Shown here piece by piece: positions 30,013 through 43,908 of a DNA stretch of 64,000 nucleotides. The stretch covers positions 1,216,001-1,280,000 of the forward strand of contig OY729428.2 of assembly GCA_963422375.2 (NCBI GenBank), given 5' to 3'. The stretch is from Bryobacterales bacterium (GTDB lineage: Bacteria > Acidobacteriota > Terriglobia > Bryobacterales > UBA6623). Each line of letters begins with the position of its first letter. Position 1 is the first letter of the stretch. Both the position numbers and the translations under genes were made by a program. The notes below the pieces were generated by a model, which did not search any database, was not told the origin of the DNA, and was given only the letters and a program-made list of their open reading frames with translations.

Positions 30013-30615
30013 CTATGCGGCGAGAGCCAAATCGATGGCCCGCCAAAGCTGCTGCACGCCCTCCCCCGTCACTGCCGAGAACGGGATCAGGGGGGCGAAA
30101 CTCTCTTGGATGGAGCGTACCGAGCGCAACCGCGCCGCTAGCCTTAGCTTATCCGATTTCGTGGCCGCGACGCAGTGCGCCTGCCCGGCGTACTCCAGCC
30201 ACGCCTTCATCTCCCGGTCCAAGTCGGTCGGACCGTGACGGATATCGACAAGCAGCACCACCAGCTTCAGCGGCTCGCGCGATTCGAGGTAGGACTCGGC
30301 CAGGCGCTTCCAGCGCTGCCGCTCCCGGTCCGAGACCGCGGCGTAGCCGTAGCCCGGCAGGTCCGCGAAATACAGCCGCCGGTCGATCCGAAAGAAGTTG
30401 ACCGCCCGGGTGCGCCCGGGCGTCTGCCCGGTCCTGGCCAAGGCCTTGCGGCCGACCGCCTGCCCGGCTCCGACCCGCTTGCCGGACCGCAGCAGGAGGG
30501 CGTTCAGCAGGCTGGACTTGCCAACGTTGCTGCGCCCGGCGAACGCCACCTCGGGGAGCCGGTCGCGCGGGAAGTGGCCGGGGCCACGAGCGCTCGCGAC
30601 GAACTCGACCGGCAT
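30013..30615 (-). CDS. engB: Ribosome biogenesis GTP-binding protein YihA/YsxC
   Basis: GRSNVGKSS, TPGRT, DLPGYG, TKSDK. Confidence 0.93.
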   Translation of the reverse strand: MPVEFVASARGPGHFPRDRLPEVAFAGRSNVGKSSLLNALLLRSGKRVGAGQAVGRKALARTGQTPGRTRAVNFFRIDRRLYFADLPGYGYAAVSDRERQRWKRLAESYLESREPLKLVVLLVDIRHGPTDLDREMKAWLEYAGQAHCVAATKSDKLRLAARLRSVRSIQESFAPLIPFSAVTGEGVQQLWRAIDLALAA

Positions 30616-30637
30616 CGCGCTCGGCCGACAGGCGGCG

Positions 30638-33052
<2,415 letters not shown>

Positions 33053-33110
33053 GCTCCTAGTTTACGACGCGCCCGCGACGAGGCGGCGGACGGCGGCCAG
33101 CCGGCTCCGG

Positions 33111-34406
<1,296 letters not shown>

Positions 34407-34579
34407 CGGTGGCTCCTAGCGGCTGGACTCTGTCGCACGGGCGGCAGCCGGCGGACCGGCTCCGCATTCATCGTACCAGAAACCGGACCCGCGACGGATG
34501 CCTTGCAAGGGGCGCAAGTTGCCGGGATTTCGCCCCTTGCGCCTCGGCCCGCCTTGCGCGAGGGGCCGCGGCCGCCCCC

Positions 34580-35350
34580 TCAGTCGGAAGCGATGGCGAG
34601 GATCCTAGCGAGAGCCGTGGCGACCTCGCCGGGGTCCGCGAGGCGGTATCGCGCCGCGGAGAGCCGGCCCGGGGGCCCCACGAAGACCGTCACGGCCTGC
34701 CCCGCGAGCGCCCGGAAGGCGTCCTCGTCCGTGGTGTCGTCTCCGAAGTACAGCGGCAGCCCTCCGAACTCGCCGAGCAGTCCCGCGACGGCGGTGCCCT
34801 TGCCGATGCCGTCCGCCGGGGTGATGTCGAAGACCCTCTTGCCGGGAGCGGCCTGCAGGCCGGGAATCGCCGCGACGGCCCGGCGCACGGCCCGCTCGAC
34901 CCGCGGGAGCGCGCCGGGCGACGCGTTCCGGTAATGGGCCGCGGCGGACATGCCCTTGTCCTCGACCTGAAATCCCGGCACGTCGGCGAGTTCGGCGGCG
35001 AGGCGCTCGCAGGCGGCGCGAACCGACTCGCGCCCGCGCCCGGAGCACTCGACCGCGTCCCGGCCCGGCCGCAGGCGCTCCCGGCCGTGGCTGCCGACGT
35101 AATGCACGCCGGCGAGGCCGAGCAGCTCGCTGACGTCCCGCGCGCCGCGCCCGCTGACGACCGCCAGGGCCACGCCGGGCAGGCGCTGCAGCCCGCGCAG
35201 GGCGGCCAGCGTCTCTGCGGGCGCGCGAGCATCCGGAGGGCGCGGGACGATCGGCGCGAGGGTCCCGTCGAAGTCCAGCATCAGCAGGAGACGGTCGCTC
35301 CGGCGGATCCGCCCGGCCACCTCCGGCCAGGCCTGGAACAGGTGGATCAT
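34580..35350 (-). CDS. otsB: Trehalose-6-phosphate phosphatase
   Basis: LDFDGTLAPI, VVSGR, GSHG, GDDTTDEDAF; ATG overlaps the otsA stop. Confidence 0.92.
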   Translation of the reverse strand: MIHLFQAWPEVAGRIRRSDRLLLMLDFDGTLAPIVPRPPDARAPAETLAALRGLQRLPGVALAVVSGRGARDVSELLGLAGVHYVGSHGRERLRPGRDAVECSGRGRESVRAACERLAAELADVPGFQVEDKGMSAAAHYRNASPGALPRVERAVRRAVAAIPGLQAAPGKRVFDITPADGIGKGTAVAGLLGEFGGLPLYFGDDTTDEDAFRALAGQAVTVFVGPPGRLSAARYRLADPGEVATALARILAIASD

Positions 35351-36864
35351 CCGCCGCTGCCCGGCCCGGGCACGGTCTCGAGGATGCTGCCGATCCAGCC
35401 GAAGATGTTGTGCTGCCGCACGTGGCGGCGCAGCCTGCGCATCCGCTCGACTTCCCCGGCCGGATCGGGCCGGGCCATGTCCCGCAGCCGCCCGGCGAAC
35501 TCGTCGATGGCGAAGGGATTGAAGCACTCGGCCCCGGGAAGCTCCCAGGCGGCTCCGGCGAAACGGCTCAGCAGCAGCCGCCCGCGCTCGTCGTTGCGGG
35601 CGGCGAGAAACTCCTTCGCCACCAGGTTCATGCCGTCTTCCAGCGAGCTCACCACGCAGACGTCGGCGAGCCGGTAGAGCGCCAGCACGTCGCTCTCGCT
35701 CAGGCGCTCCCTCAGGGCCACGACCGGGCTGTACCCGTCGCCGCCGAACCTGCGGTTGACGCGCGCGACGGCGCGGTCCAAGTCGCGCTGCAAGTCGAGA
35801 TAGGCCGGAATGTCGGTCCGGCTCGGGGCTCCCGCGTGCAGGTACGCGAACCGGCCGCGCATCTCGGGATGCCTCTCCAGCAAGCAGTCGATTGCCTGCA
35901 GGCGCTCGACCAAGCCCTTGGTGTAATCGAGCCGGTCCACGCCTACGGCCACGAACTTGCCGGCCAGCCCGTGCCGCTCGCGCAGCCGCGCGACCGCCGC
36001 GTCGCATTCCGCGCTGGAGGCTCTTGCGGCGATCCCGTCGAAGTCGATCGATATCGGGAACGCGCCGACGCGCATCCGGCGGCCGTCGTCCCCGGCCACG
36101 GCACCGTCGCCGTCGCGGCGCCAGCCCGGCAGCGCGCACGCGGCGTCGGCGAAGCGGCGGGCGTACTGCGGGGTGTGGAAGCCGAGCACGTCGCTGCCCA
36201 GGGCGCCCGCGAGGAGCTCCGCGCTCCAGGGGCAGATCTCGAGAATGTCCGGCAGGGGCCACGGGATATGCCAGAAGTGCAGGCACGTCGCGCGCGGGCA
36301 GCGCCTGCGGAGCATGGCAGGCAGCAGGGCGAAGTGGTAGTCCTGCACGAAGACGACCACCTCGCGGTCGCCAGCGACCCGCGCGACTGCCTCGGCGAAC
36401 CGCGCGTTCACGGCCCGGTAGGCCTGCCAGTGCGCTTCGCGGAACAGCGGCTTCGCGAACGCGCTGTGACACAGCGGCCACAGGGCCTGGTTGGCGAACC
36501 CGTTGTAGTACCCCTCGACTTCCCCGGCGTCCAGCCACACCCGCTGCAAATGGTAGGCCGGGCGACCGGGGGGCACGGCGACGCGCCCGCGCTCGTCCGA
36601 CGCCTCGCGGTCGGCGCTCCCGGACCCGTGGGCGACCCAGACCCCGCCGACCGCCTGCATCACGGAGCCGAGAGCCAGCGTCAGGCCGCCGACCGCGGGC
36701 CGCGCCGCGAGCGACCCGTCAGGCAGGCGCACGTGCTCGAACGGCTCGCGGTTCGAGACGCTGACCAGAAGGCGGCTGCCGACCCGCGCCCGGGCCAGTT
36801 CCCGCAGCTCGGACCGGGTGCGGACCGAGGGCTCCGTTTCCGTCGCCCTGCCTGCCGCGCCCAC
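35347..36864 (-). CDS. otsA: Trehalose-6-phosphate synthase (GT20)
   Basis: VSNREP, YYNGFANQALWPLCH, VQDYH, FWHIPWP, VDRLDYTKG, DGMNLVAKEF; start approximate. Confidence 0.92.
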   Translation of the reverse strand: MGAAGRATETEPSVRTRSELRELARARVGSRLLVSVSNREPFEHVRLPDGSLAARPAVGGLTLALGSVMQAVGGVWVAHGSGSADREASDERGRVAVPPGRPAYHLQRVWLDAGEVEGYYNGFANQALWPLCHSAFAKPLFREAHWQAYRAVNARFAEAVARVAGDREVVVFVQDYHFALLPAMLRRRCPRATCLHFWHIPWPLPDILEICPWSAELLAGALGSDVLGFHTPQYARRFADAACALPGWRRDGDGAVAGDDGRRMRVGAFPISIDFDGIAARASSAECDAAVARLRERHGLAGKFVAVGVDRLDYTKGLVERLQAIDCLLERHPEMRGRFAYLHAGAPSRTDIPAYLDLQRDLDRAVARVNRRFGGDGYSPVVALRERLSESDVLALYRLADVCVVSSLEDGMNLVAKEFLAARNDERGRLLLSRFAGAAWELPGAECFNPFAIDEFAGRLRDMARPDPAGEVERMRRLRRHVRQHNIFGWIGSILETVPGPGSGG

Positions 36865-36872
36865 GATCCGGC

Positions 36873-37715
36873 CTAGCGCAGCAGGGATTCCAGTTCCACG
36901 CGAGCGTCCGTCTTCTCGTCGCGATACTTGACGATGACCGGCGCGTAGAGCGAAAGGTTCATGATCGTGCCCGGGCCAGTCGTGACCTGCCGGGCTCCGG
37001 GCACGACCACCGCGCCTTCGGGAATGATCAGCGGCTGGTCCGCGGCAGCGCGGTACGACGTGTTGTGGACGATGTCGTAGACCGGCGTGGAGCGCGTCAG
37101 AATCGTGCCCGCTCCGAGGACGGCGGACCGCCTGACGATCGTGCCCTCGTACACCCCCGAATTGCCCCCCACGAGCACGTTGTCCTCGATTATCACGGGC
37201 AGGGCCCCGACAGGCTCGAGCACGCCTCCGATCTGGGCCGCTGCGCTGAGGTGGCAGTTGCGACCGATCTGCGCGCAGCTGCCCACGAGGGCATGCGAGT
37301 CGACCATGGTGCCGTCGCCCACGTAGGCGCCCACGTTGATGTACATGGGCGGCATGCAGGTCACGCTGCGCCCCACGTGGCAGCCGTCCCTCAGACTGGA
37401 GCCACCCGGCACCACGCGCACGCTGTCCCCCACGGTCACGCGGCGCGGCGGGTAGGTCGACTTGTCCACGAAACCGAAACGGCTGCCGGCATCTGACATG
37501 TCGACGCTCCGTCCCATGCGGAATCCGACCAGGATCCCGCGCTTGACCCACGCGTTAACGCGCCAGCCGTGCGGCAGCGCCAACGGATCCGGTTCCGCGG
37601 CGCGCACCGCGCCACTGTTCAGCCCGGCCTTGAATTCGCGGAACGTCTCGAGATCTTGGTGCGAGTACTCCTCGGGGTTGCTCTCGAAGAGGGCGTCGAT
37701 GCGCTCTGCCAGCAT
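36873..37715 (-). CDS. dapD: 2,3,4,5-tetrahydropyridine-2,6-dicarboxylate N-succinyltransferase
   Basis: [34 protein letters not shown]. Confidence 0.93.
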   Translation of the reverse strand: MLAERIDALFESNPEEYSHQDLETFREFKAGLNSGAVRAAEPDPLALPHGWRVNAWVKRGILVGFRMGRSVDMSDAGSRFGFVDKSTYPPRRVTVGDSVRVVPGGSSLRDGCHVGRSVTCMPPMYINVGAYVGDGTMVDSHALVGSCAQIGRNCHLSAAAQIGGVLEPVGALPVIIEDNVLVGGNSGVYEGTIVRRSAVLGAGTILTRSTPVYDIVHNTSYRAAADQPLIIPEGAVVVPGARQVTTGPGTIMNLSLYAPVIVKYRDEKTDARVELESLLR

Positions 37716-37782
37716 CCCCCCAATCGTACAAGCCTAGAGTGCCGGCGATAACCGGTGATACATTGGGAGCGATCCGGTCGCC

Positions 37783-38490
37783 GTGGAGTTCCGTCCCAAC
37801 CGCCACGCGGGCAGCCTGATTATCGTGGAGGGCATCGACGGGTCGGGAAAGTCCACGCAGCTGTCGCTGCTGTGCCAGTGGCTGCGCTCCAAGCGGCTCG
37901 TGGTGTCGTTCAGCGAGTGGAACTCGTCCCCGATCGTGCGCGAGAGCACGCGCCAGGGCAAGAAGAAGCAGATGTTCACGCCCACGACCTTCAGCCTGAT
38001 CCATGCGACCGACTTCGCGGACCGGCTCGAGCGCACCATCGTTCCGATGCTCCGGGCAGGAGCGGTGGTCTGCGCCGACCGCTACGCCTTCACCGCGTTC
38101 GCGCGAGACGCCGCGCGCGGGGTGGACCCCGGATGGGTCCGCAACCTGTACCGCATGGCCATCAAGCCGGATCTCGCATTCTACTTCCGCGTGCCGCTGG
38201 GGGTCGCGCTCGACCGCATCCTCGGGGGCCGCGCGGCCCTGAAGTACTACGAGGCCGGCATGGACCTCGGCCTCAGCTCCGACATCAAGGAGAGCTTCGC
38301 GCGGTTCCAGGCGCGCATCCTGAAGGAGTACGAGACGATGGCCGAAGAGATGGGCTTCCACGTGATCGACGCTACCGGCACCATCCAGGAGCAGCAGCGG
38401 CAGGTGCGGGAGATCGTGACTGCGCACATCGGAGAGAAGCTCGCGCGCAACCCCCTGAGGCGCATGGGGGGAAGCCCCCAAGCGGCATGA
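37783..38490 (+). CDS. Thymidylate kinase-like protein (copy 1, canonical P-loop)
   Basis: IVEGIDGSGKST, ADRY, KPDL. Confidence 0.85.
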   Translation: MEFRPNRHAGSLIIVEGIDGSGKSTQLSLLCQWLRSKRLVVSFSEWNSSPIVRESTRQGKKKQMFTPTTFSLIHATDFADRLERTIVPMLRAGAVVCADRYAFTAFARDAARGVDPGWVRNLYRMAIKPDLAFYFRVPLGVALDRILGGRAALKYYEAGMDLGLSSDIKESFARFQARILKEYETMAEEMGFHVIDATGTIQEQQRQVREIVTAHIGEKLARNPLRRMGGSPQAA

Positions 38491-39182
38491 ACCGCGAGCC
38501 GCTGCTGCCCTACTCGGAGCCCCTGCCCGGGGTCGACCTTGCGGGGCTGCAGGGAAGGCTGCTCGTGATCGAGGGGCCCGACTCGGTCGGGCGCAGCACG
38601 CAGGTGGACCGCCTGCGCCTGTGGCTCGAGGAGCGCGGGCACGCCGTGGTCGATACCGGCATGGCGCGCTCCGCTCTGACCAAGGACGGCATCCAGCGGG
38701 CCAAGAGCGGGCACACGCTGGGGCCGCTGACGATGGCCCTGTACTACATGGCCGACTTCGCGGACCGGCTCGAGAACTTGGTCGTCCCGGCCCTGCGAGC
38801 CGGCTTCGTGGTGCTAACCGACCGCTACTTCTTCTCGGTCGTGGCGCGGGCCGCGGCGCGGCGGCAGGATTCCGAATGGCTCGAGCGCGTCGCCGGATTC
38901 GCGCTGGTGCCGCACGCCACCTTCTACCTGCGGGCGCCCGTGAAGGAGATCCTGGCGCGGGTAGTGCGCGGCCAGCAGGGATTCGACTACTGGGAAAGCG
39001 GGATGGACGTGCCGTACGGCGAGGACCGCTACGAGAGCTTCGTCGGCTACCAGTCCAAGCTCATCGAGGTCCTGGATTCGATGGTCGCGCGCTACGGCTT
39101 CACCGTGATCGACGCGAGCGCGCCGCCGGACGTGATCTTCGCCCGCCTGCGGACGGAGATCGAGGGCCTGCTGGGCGACTGA
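38487..39182 (+). CDS. Thymidylate kinase-like protein (copy 2, divergent P-loop)
   Basis: ATGA overlap with copy 1; IEGPDSVGRST, DFADRLE, TDRY, FDYWESGMD. Confidence 0.85.
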   Translation: MNREPLLPYSEPLPGVDLAGLQGRLLVIEGPDSVGRSTQVDRLRLWLEERGHAVVDTGMARSALTKDGIQRAKSGHTLGPLTMALYYMADFADRLENLVVPALRAGFVVLTDRYFFSVVARAAARRQDSEWLERVAGFALVPHATFYLRAPVKEILARVVRGQQGFDYWESGMDVPYGEDRYESFVGYQSKLIEVLDSMVARYGFTVIDASAPPDVIFARLRTEIEGLLGD

Positions 39183-39196
39183 CGGGCGGGCGCGCG

Positions 39197-39877
39197 GTGG
39201 CTGGCAGGTTCGGCCTGATCGTCTTCGATCTCGACGGCACGCTGATCGACTCGTCGGCGGATCTCGCGCTGGCGGTGAACGCCACCCGCGGCGAGGCGGG
39301 CCTGCCCCCGCTGAGCATGGAGCGGGTGGCCGCGTACGTCGGCGACGGAGCCCCCATGCTGGTCCGGCGGGCGCTGGGACGAGGCGCGTCGGATGCCGCC
39401 GTGCGAGAGGGGCTGGAGTTCTTCCTGCGATTCTACCGGGAGAACATGCTGGTCCACACGAGACTGTATCCCGGCGCCCGCGCGGCGCTGGACGGGTGGC
39501 GGTCGTCCGGTACGACCATGGCGGTGCTCACGAACAAGCCGGTCCGCTTCAGCACCGAGCTGATCGCCGGCCTCGGCCTCGCAGGGTACTTCGAGCGCAT
39601 CTACGGCGGCAACAGCTTCGAGACGAAGAAGCCGCATCCGCACGGGCTGCGGACCATCATGCGCGAGACGGGATTCGGGCCGGCGGGCACGCTGATGGTG
39701 GGGGACAGCTCGGTCGACGTCCTGACGGCGCGCAACGCCGGCGTCGCCTGCGCGGGCGTGACCTACGGGCTGCGGCCGCTGGACTTCGCGAGCCACCCGC
39801 CGGACGTGCTGGTGGACGACCTGCGCGATCTCCCGGCCCGCCTGAACGGCAGCCTGCCCGGACCGCCGCGGGGCTGA
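39197..39877 (+). CDS. HAD-family phosphatase, phosphoglycolate phosphatase-like
   Basis: FDLDGTLIDS, LTNKP, KKPHP, MVGDSSVD. Confidence 0.88.
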   Translation: MAGRFGLIVFDLDGTLIDSSADLALAVNATRGEAGLPPLSMERVAAYVGDGAPMLVRRALGRGASDAAVREGLEFFLRFYRENMLVHTRLYPGARAALDGWRSSGTTMAVLTNKPVRFSTELIAGLGLAGYFERIYGGNSFETKKPHPHGLRTIMRETGFGPAGTLMVGDSSVDVLTARNAGVACAGVTYGLRPLDFASHPPDVLVDDLRDLPARLNGSLPGPPRG

Positions 39878-39891
39878 CGGGCCTTGGGGCC

Positions 39892-41067
39892 CTACGCGAA
39901 CGCCTGGATCCCGGTCACGTGCGACCCGAGGACCAAGGTGTGGATGTTGTGCGTGCCCTCGTAGGTCTTGACAGTCTCGAGATTGCACATGTGCCGGAAC
40001 ACCGGGTATTCGTCGGTGATCCCGTTCGCTCCGAGCAGGTCCCGGGCCCGCCGGGCCACCTCCAGCGCCATCGCGGCGTTGTTGCGCTTGATCATCGACA
40101 CGTGGGCGTGGTGCGAGCGGCCCGCATCCTTGAGGCGCGTAGCGTGCAGCGTGAGGAACTGGGCCTTGGTGATCTCGGTGATCATCCAGGCCAGCTCGTT
40201 CTGGACCAGCTGATGCGAGGCGATCGGGCGGTCGCCGAACTGCGTCCTCAGGATCGTGTACTGCCGCGCGCAGTCGTAGCAGGCCATGGCCGCCCCGATC
40301 GCGCCCCAAGCGACTCCCAGCCGCGCGTTCGTCAGGCAGCTCAGGGCGGCCTTGAGGCCTCGCGCCCCCGGCAGGGCGCTCTCGCGCGGCAGGCGCACGC
40401 CGCTCAGGCCGATGCTCGAGGTCACCGAGGCCCGCAGCGAGAGCTTGTTGCGCAGGTCGACGGCGGAGAATCCCGGACGGTCCGTCTCGACGAGGAATCC
40501 CTGCACGCGGTCGCCGTCGCCGACCTTCGCCCACACGACCGCGACGTCGGCCACGCTGCCGTTGGTGATCCAGGTCTTCTCGCCGCTGAGCACCCAGCCG
40601 TCGCCGTCGGGCTCGGCCCGGGTCAGCATCCCGGCCGGGTTCGAGCCGAAGTTCGGCTCGGTCAGGGCGAAGCAGCCCATGCTCTCCCCGCGCTGCATGC
40701 CGGGCAGCCAGCGGGCCTTCTGCTCCTCGCTGCCGAAGGAGTGGATGGCGTACATGGAGAGGCTGCCCTGAACCGACACGAAGCTGCGGAGCGCCGAGTC
40801 GCCACGCTCCAGCTCCTGCATTACCAGCCCGTACTCGACGTTGCTGAGGCCGGCGCAGCCGTAGCCGCGCAGGTTCGCGCCGAACAGACCGAGCTCCACG
40901 ATGGGCGCGGTCAACTCGACCGGGAACGTCCCCTCGCGGAAGTGCTTCGCGACGACGGGCACGAAGCGCTCCTCCACGAACTGCCGCGCGGTCTGCCGCA
41001 CGAGCAGCTCCTCCTCGCTCAGCAGCGAGTCGAACTCCATGAAATCGACGCCTCGGTACTCGAACAT
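39892..41067 (-). CDS. Acyl-CoA dehydrogenase (glutaryl-CoA dehydrogenase-like)
   Basis: QELERGDS, CFALTEPNFGS, GEKTWITNG, TYEGTHNIH. Confidence 0.9.
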   Translation of the reverse strand: MFEYRGVDFMEFDSLLSEEELLVRQTARQFVEERFVPVVAKHFREGTFPVELTAPIVELGLFGANLRGYGCAGLSNVEYGLVMQELERGDSALRSFVSVQGSLSMYAIHSFGSEEQKARWLPGMQRGESMGCFALTEPNFGSNPAGMLTRAEPDGDGWVLSGEKTWITNGSVADVAVVWAKVGDGDRVQGFLVETDRPGFSAVDLRNKLSLRASVTSSIGLSGVRLPRESALPGARGLKAALSCLTNARLGVAWGAIGAAMACYDCARQYTILRTQFGDRPIASHQLVQNELAWMITEITKAQFLTLHATRLKDAGRSHHAHVSMIKRNNAAMALEVARRARDLLGANGITDEYPVFRHMCNLETVKTYEGTHNIHTLVLGSHVTGIQAFA

Positions 41068-41129
41068 CGCCGCCCTCGAACGGACCATCGTAGCGCGCAG
41101 GACCCGGCGACCGTGGTAGGATGCGCGCA

Positions 41130-41873
41130 GTGAGCGTGGAAGCCGCGCGGCGATGGATCGACGAGGCCGCGCGCGTCGTCGGGTTCACCGGCGCGGGCAT
41201 CTCCACCGAATCGGGGATTCCCGACTTTCGCGGCCCCGGCGGCGTGTGGGCGCGCAACCGGATCGTGGACTTCCGGGAGTTCGTCACCAACGAGGCGGGA
41301 CGCATCGAGTACTGGAGGCAGAAGACGGAGAACTGGCCCGCCATGCGCGCGGCGCGGCCGAACGCCGGGCACCGAGCGTTCGTGACTCTGCACGGCCGCG
41401 GCAAGCTCGCCGCGCTGGTCACCCAGAACATCGAGCGCCTGCACCAGCGTTCCGGCCTGCCCGCCAGCCTCGTTCTGGAGCTGCACGGCACGACCACCGA
41501 GGCCGCCTGCTTGTCCTGCGGCGACCGGATCAGCTCGGACCAAGCCTGCCGGCGCGTCCTCGGAGGCGAGAAGGCGCCGCGCTGCACCGCGTGCGGCGGG
41601 CTGCTCAAGCCCGCCACGATCTCGTTCGGCCAGGAGATGCCGGCCCAAGTGGTGGAGGCGGCCTGCGCGGCGGCTCGGGACTGCGACCTGCTGCTGGCGG
41701 TGGGCTCGTCCTTGGTAGTCGAGCCCGCCGCGTCGATCCCGCGGATGGCGAAGCAGGCGGGAGCGCGCCTAGTCATCGTCAACCGCGACAGCACGGCGCT
41801 GGACGGCATCGCGGATCTTGTAATCCGGGGCGAGATCGGCTCGATCCTGCCCGCTATCGCAGGCTCGACCTGA
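41130..41873 (+). CDS. Sir2-family NAD-dependent protein deacylase
   Basis: GAGISTESGIPDFRG, TQNIE.LH, ELHG, two CxxC pairs, GSSL; GTG 41130 chosen because a -10 box lies just upstream. Confidence 0.92.
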   Translation: MSVEAARRWIDEAARVVGFTGAGISTESGIPDFRGPGGVWARNRIVDFREFVTNEAGRIEYWRQKTENWPAMRAARPNAGHRAFVTLHGRGKLAALVTQNIERLHQRSGLPASLVLELHGTTTEAACLSCGDRISSDQACRRVLGGEKAPRCTACGGLLKPATISFGQEMPAQVVEAACAAARDCDLLLAVGSSLVVEPAASIPRMAKQAGARLVIVNRDSTALDGIADLVIRGEIGSILPAIAGST

Positions 41874-41900
41874 AGGCCGACCCGGCCCGCTGCCCATACC

Positions 41901-42707
41901 ATGCCCGAGCTGCCCGAGGTCGAGGTCATCCGGCGCACGCTGGCCCCCGCCCTCGAGGGACGGACGATCGCGTCCGTGACATTCCTGTGGCCGCGGACCT
42001 GCGCGGGCGACCCCCTCGCGACGGAGGCCGCGCTGGCGGGCCAGCGGATCGTGCGGCTCGAGCGCCGCGGAAAGTACCTGCTGTTCCAGCTCACCAAGGA
42101 CGGCAAGGGCTCGCTCTTGGCGATCCACCTGCGGATGACCGGCAACCTGCTGCTGAACGCCGAGCCCGGCCGGCACGCGCGCGCGCAGATGCTCCTCGAG
42201 GAGGGGACGAGCGTCGTGTTCCGCGACATCCGGAAGTTCGGCCGCTGGCAGTGGTCCGAGCGCCTGCCCGCCCGCCTGGCCCAGCTGGGCCCCGAGCCGC
42301 TGGAGATCGATCGCGCGGAGTTCGCCGCGCGCCTGCGGGCCCGGAAGACGCGGCTCAAGGCCTTGCTACTGAACCAGGAGTTCCTGCGGGGGCTCGGGAA
42401 CATCTACGCGGACGAAGCCCTGTTCCGCGCCGGCCTGCACCCGGAGAGGCAGGGGGCCTCGGTCAGCGCGCGCAAGGCGCACGACCTGCACCGGGCCATC
42501 CAAGACGTGCTGCGCGAGTCGATCGAGGCCGGCGGCACGAGCATCAACAACTATGTCGACAGCCGCGGCGCGCAAGGGTACTTCCAGCTGATGACGCAGG
42601 TCTACAGGAAGGCCGGCCGGCCGTGCAGCCGCTGCGGGACGACCTTGGAAAGGATTCTAGTCGCGCAGCGCAGCACGCACTTCTGCCCGCGCTGCCAGCG
42701 CCGCTAG
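41901..42707 (+). CDS. mutM: Formamidopyrimidine-DNA glycosylase
   Basis: MPELPEVE, RRGKYL, HLRMTG, GLGNIYADE, C-terminal CxxC...CPRCQ zinc finger. Confidence 0.96.
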   Translation: MPELPEVEVIRRTLAPALEGRTIASVTFLWPRTCAGDPLATEAALAGQRIVRLERRGKYLLFQLTKDGKGSLLAIHLRMTGNLLLNAEPGRHARAQMLLEEGTSVVFRDIRKFGRWQWSERLPARLAQLGPEPLEIDRAEFAARLRARKTRLKALLLNQEFLRGLGNIYADEALFRAGLHPERQGASVSARKAHDLHRAIQDVLRESIEAGGTSINNYVDSRGAQGYFQLMTQVYRKAGRPCSRCGTTLERILVAQRSTHFCPRCQRR

Positions 42708-42720
42708 GGAGGGGCCCGCC

Positions 42721-43908
42721 ATGCAGCTGACGCGGATCACCCTCCGCCTGATCCGCATGTCCTTGGTGCGACCGTTCGAGACCAGCTTCGGCCGGACAGA
42801 CGAGCGCCGCATCCTGCTCGTGGAGGTGGAGGACGCCGACGGCGCGACCGGCTGGGGCGAGGTCACCTGCGGCGAGCGCCCCTTCTACAACGAGGAATGG
42901 GTCGACGCGGCCTGGCTGGTGCTGCGGGACTTCGCAGCGCCCCGCACGCTCGGCAGGCGGGTCGCGTCAGCGGCGGACATCGGCGCGCTGACCGACGCCG
43001 TGCGGGGGCACCGCATGGCCCGCGGCGGCCTCGAGGCGGCCTGCTGGGAGCTCGAGGCGCGCAAGGCGGGCCGGCCTCTCTGGCGACACGTCGGCGGCCA
43101 GCGGAGGGAGATCCCCTGCGGCGTCTCGATCGGCATCCAAGATACGGTCGAGGATCTCCTCGGCCTGGTCGAGACGGAGGTCGCGGCCGGGTACCGGCGC
43201 ATCAAGGTCAAGATCAGGCCCGGCTACGACGTCCAGCCCGTGGGGGCCGTGCGGATGCACTTCCCGGATGTCCCGCTGATGGCGGACGCGAACTCGGCCT
43301 ACTCCTTGCGGGACCTGCCGACCCTGAAGGCGCTCGACGAGGCCCACTTGATGATGCTTGAGCAGCCTCTCGGCCACGACGAGCTGATCGACCACTCAGT
43401 CGTCCAAGACGCCTTGCGGACGCCGGTCTGCCTGGACGAATGCATCCGGACGGCCCATCACGCCGAGCAGGCCATCCGGATCGGGGCCTGCCGCATCGTG
43501 AACGTCAAGCTCGGCCGCGTCGGGGGCTTCGCGGAGGCGTTGCGCGTGCACGACGCTTGCCGCCGGGCAGGGGTGCCAGTGTGGTGCGGGGGCATGCTCG
43601 AGTCCGGGATCGGCCGGGCGCACAACATCGCTCTCTCGACGCTCCCGCAGTTCACCCTGCCCGGGGACGTGTCGGCGTCGAAGCGCTACTGGCACCGGGA
43701 CGTGGTGCATCCGCCGGTGGAAGTGACCGCGCAGGGCACGATCGTCGCGCCCGAGGGGCCCGGCCTCGGCTTCACCGTGGACGTGGAGCGCATCGAGGCG
43801 CTCTCGGAGCGTCGCGAGGATCTGACCCCGGCTCGGCTAGCCCTTGCCCCCGGCGGCGGAGTGACGGACGACGACCGCGGTCACATTGTCCGGCGCGCCG
43901 CGCTCTAG
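42721..43908 (+). CDS. menC: o-succinylbenzoate synthase / N-succinylamino acid racemase (enolase superfamily)
   Basis: PFETSFG, KVKI, DANSAY, EQPL, CLDE, CGGMLE, PGDVSAS; no men operon nearby, so the role is uncertain. Confidence 0.8.
   Translation: MQLTRITLRLIRMSLVRPFETSFGRTDERRILLVEVEDADGATGWGEVTCGERPFYNEEWVDAAWLVLRDFAAPRTLGRRVASAADIGALTDAVRGHRMARGGLEAACWELEARKAGRPLWRHVGGQRREIPCGVSIGIQDTVEDLLGLVETEVAAGYRRIKVKIRPGYDVQPVGAVRMHFPDVPLMADANSAYSLRDLPTLKALDEAHLMMLEQPLGHDELIDHSVVQDALRTPVCLDECIRTAHHAEQAIRIGACRIVNVKLGRVGGFAEALRVHDACRRAGVPVWCGGMLESGIGRAHNIALSTLPQFTLPGDVSASKRYWHRDVVHPPVEVTAQGTIVAPEGPGLGFTVDVERIEALSERREDLTPARLALAPGGGVTDDDRGHIVRRAAL

Noticed and set aside
41130..41873. Sir2 gene as a defence NADase (Thoeris/DSR type)
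   Set aside because: It is a short canonical zinc-binding CobB-like deacylase in a housekeeping context.
39092..42403. 1103-aa minus-strand ORF
   Set aside because: Low-complexity R/A/P translation overlapping four well-supported genes.
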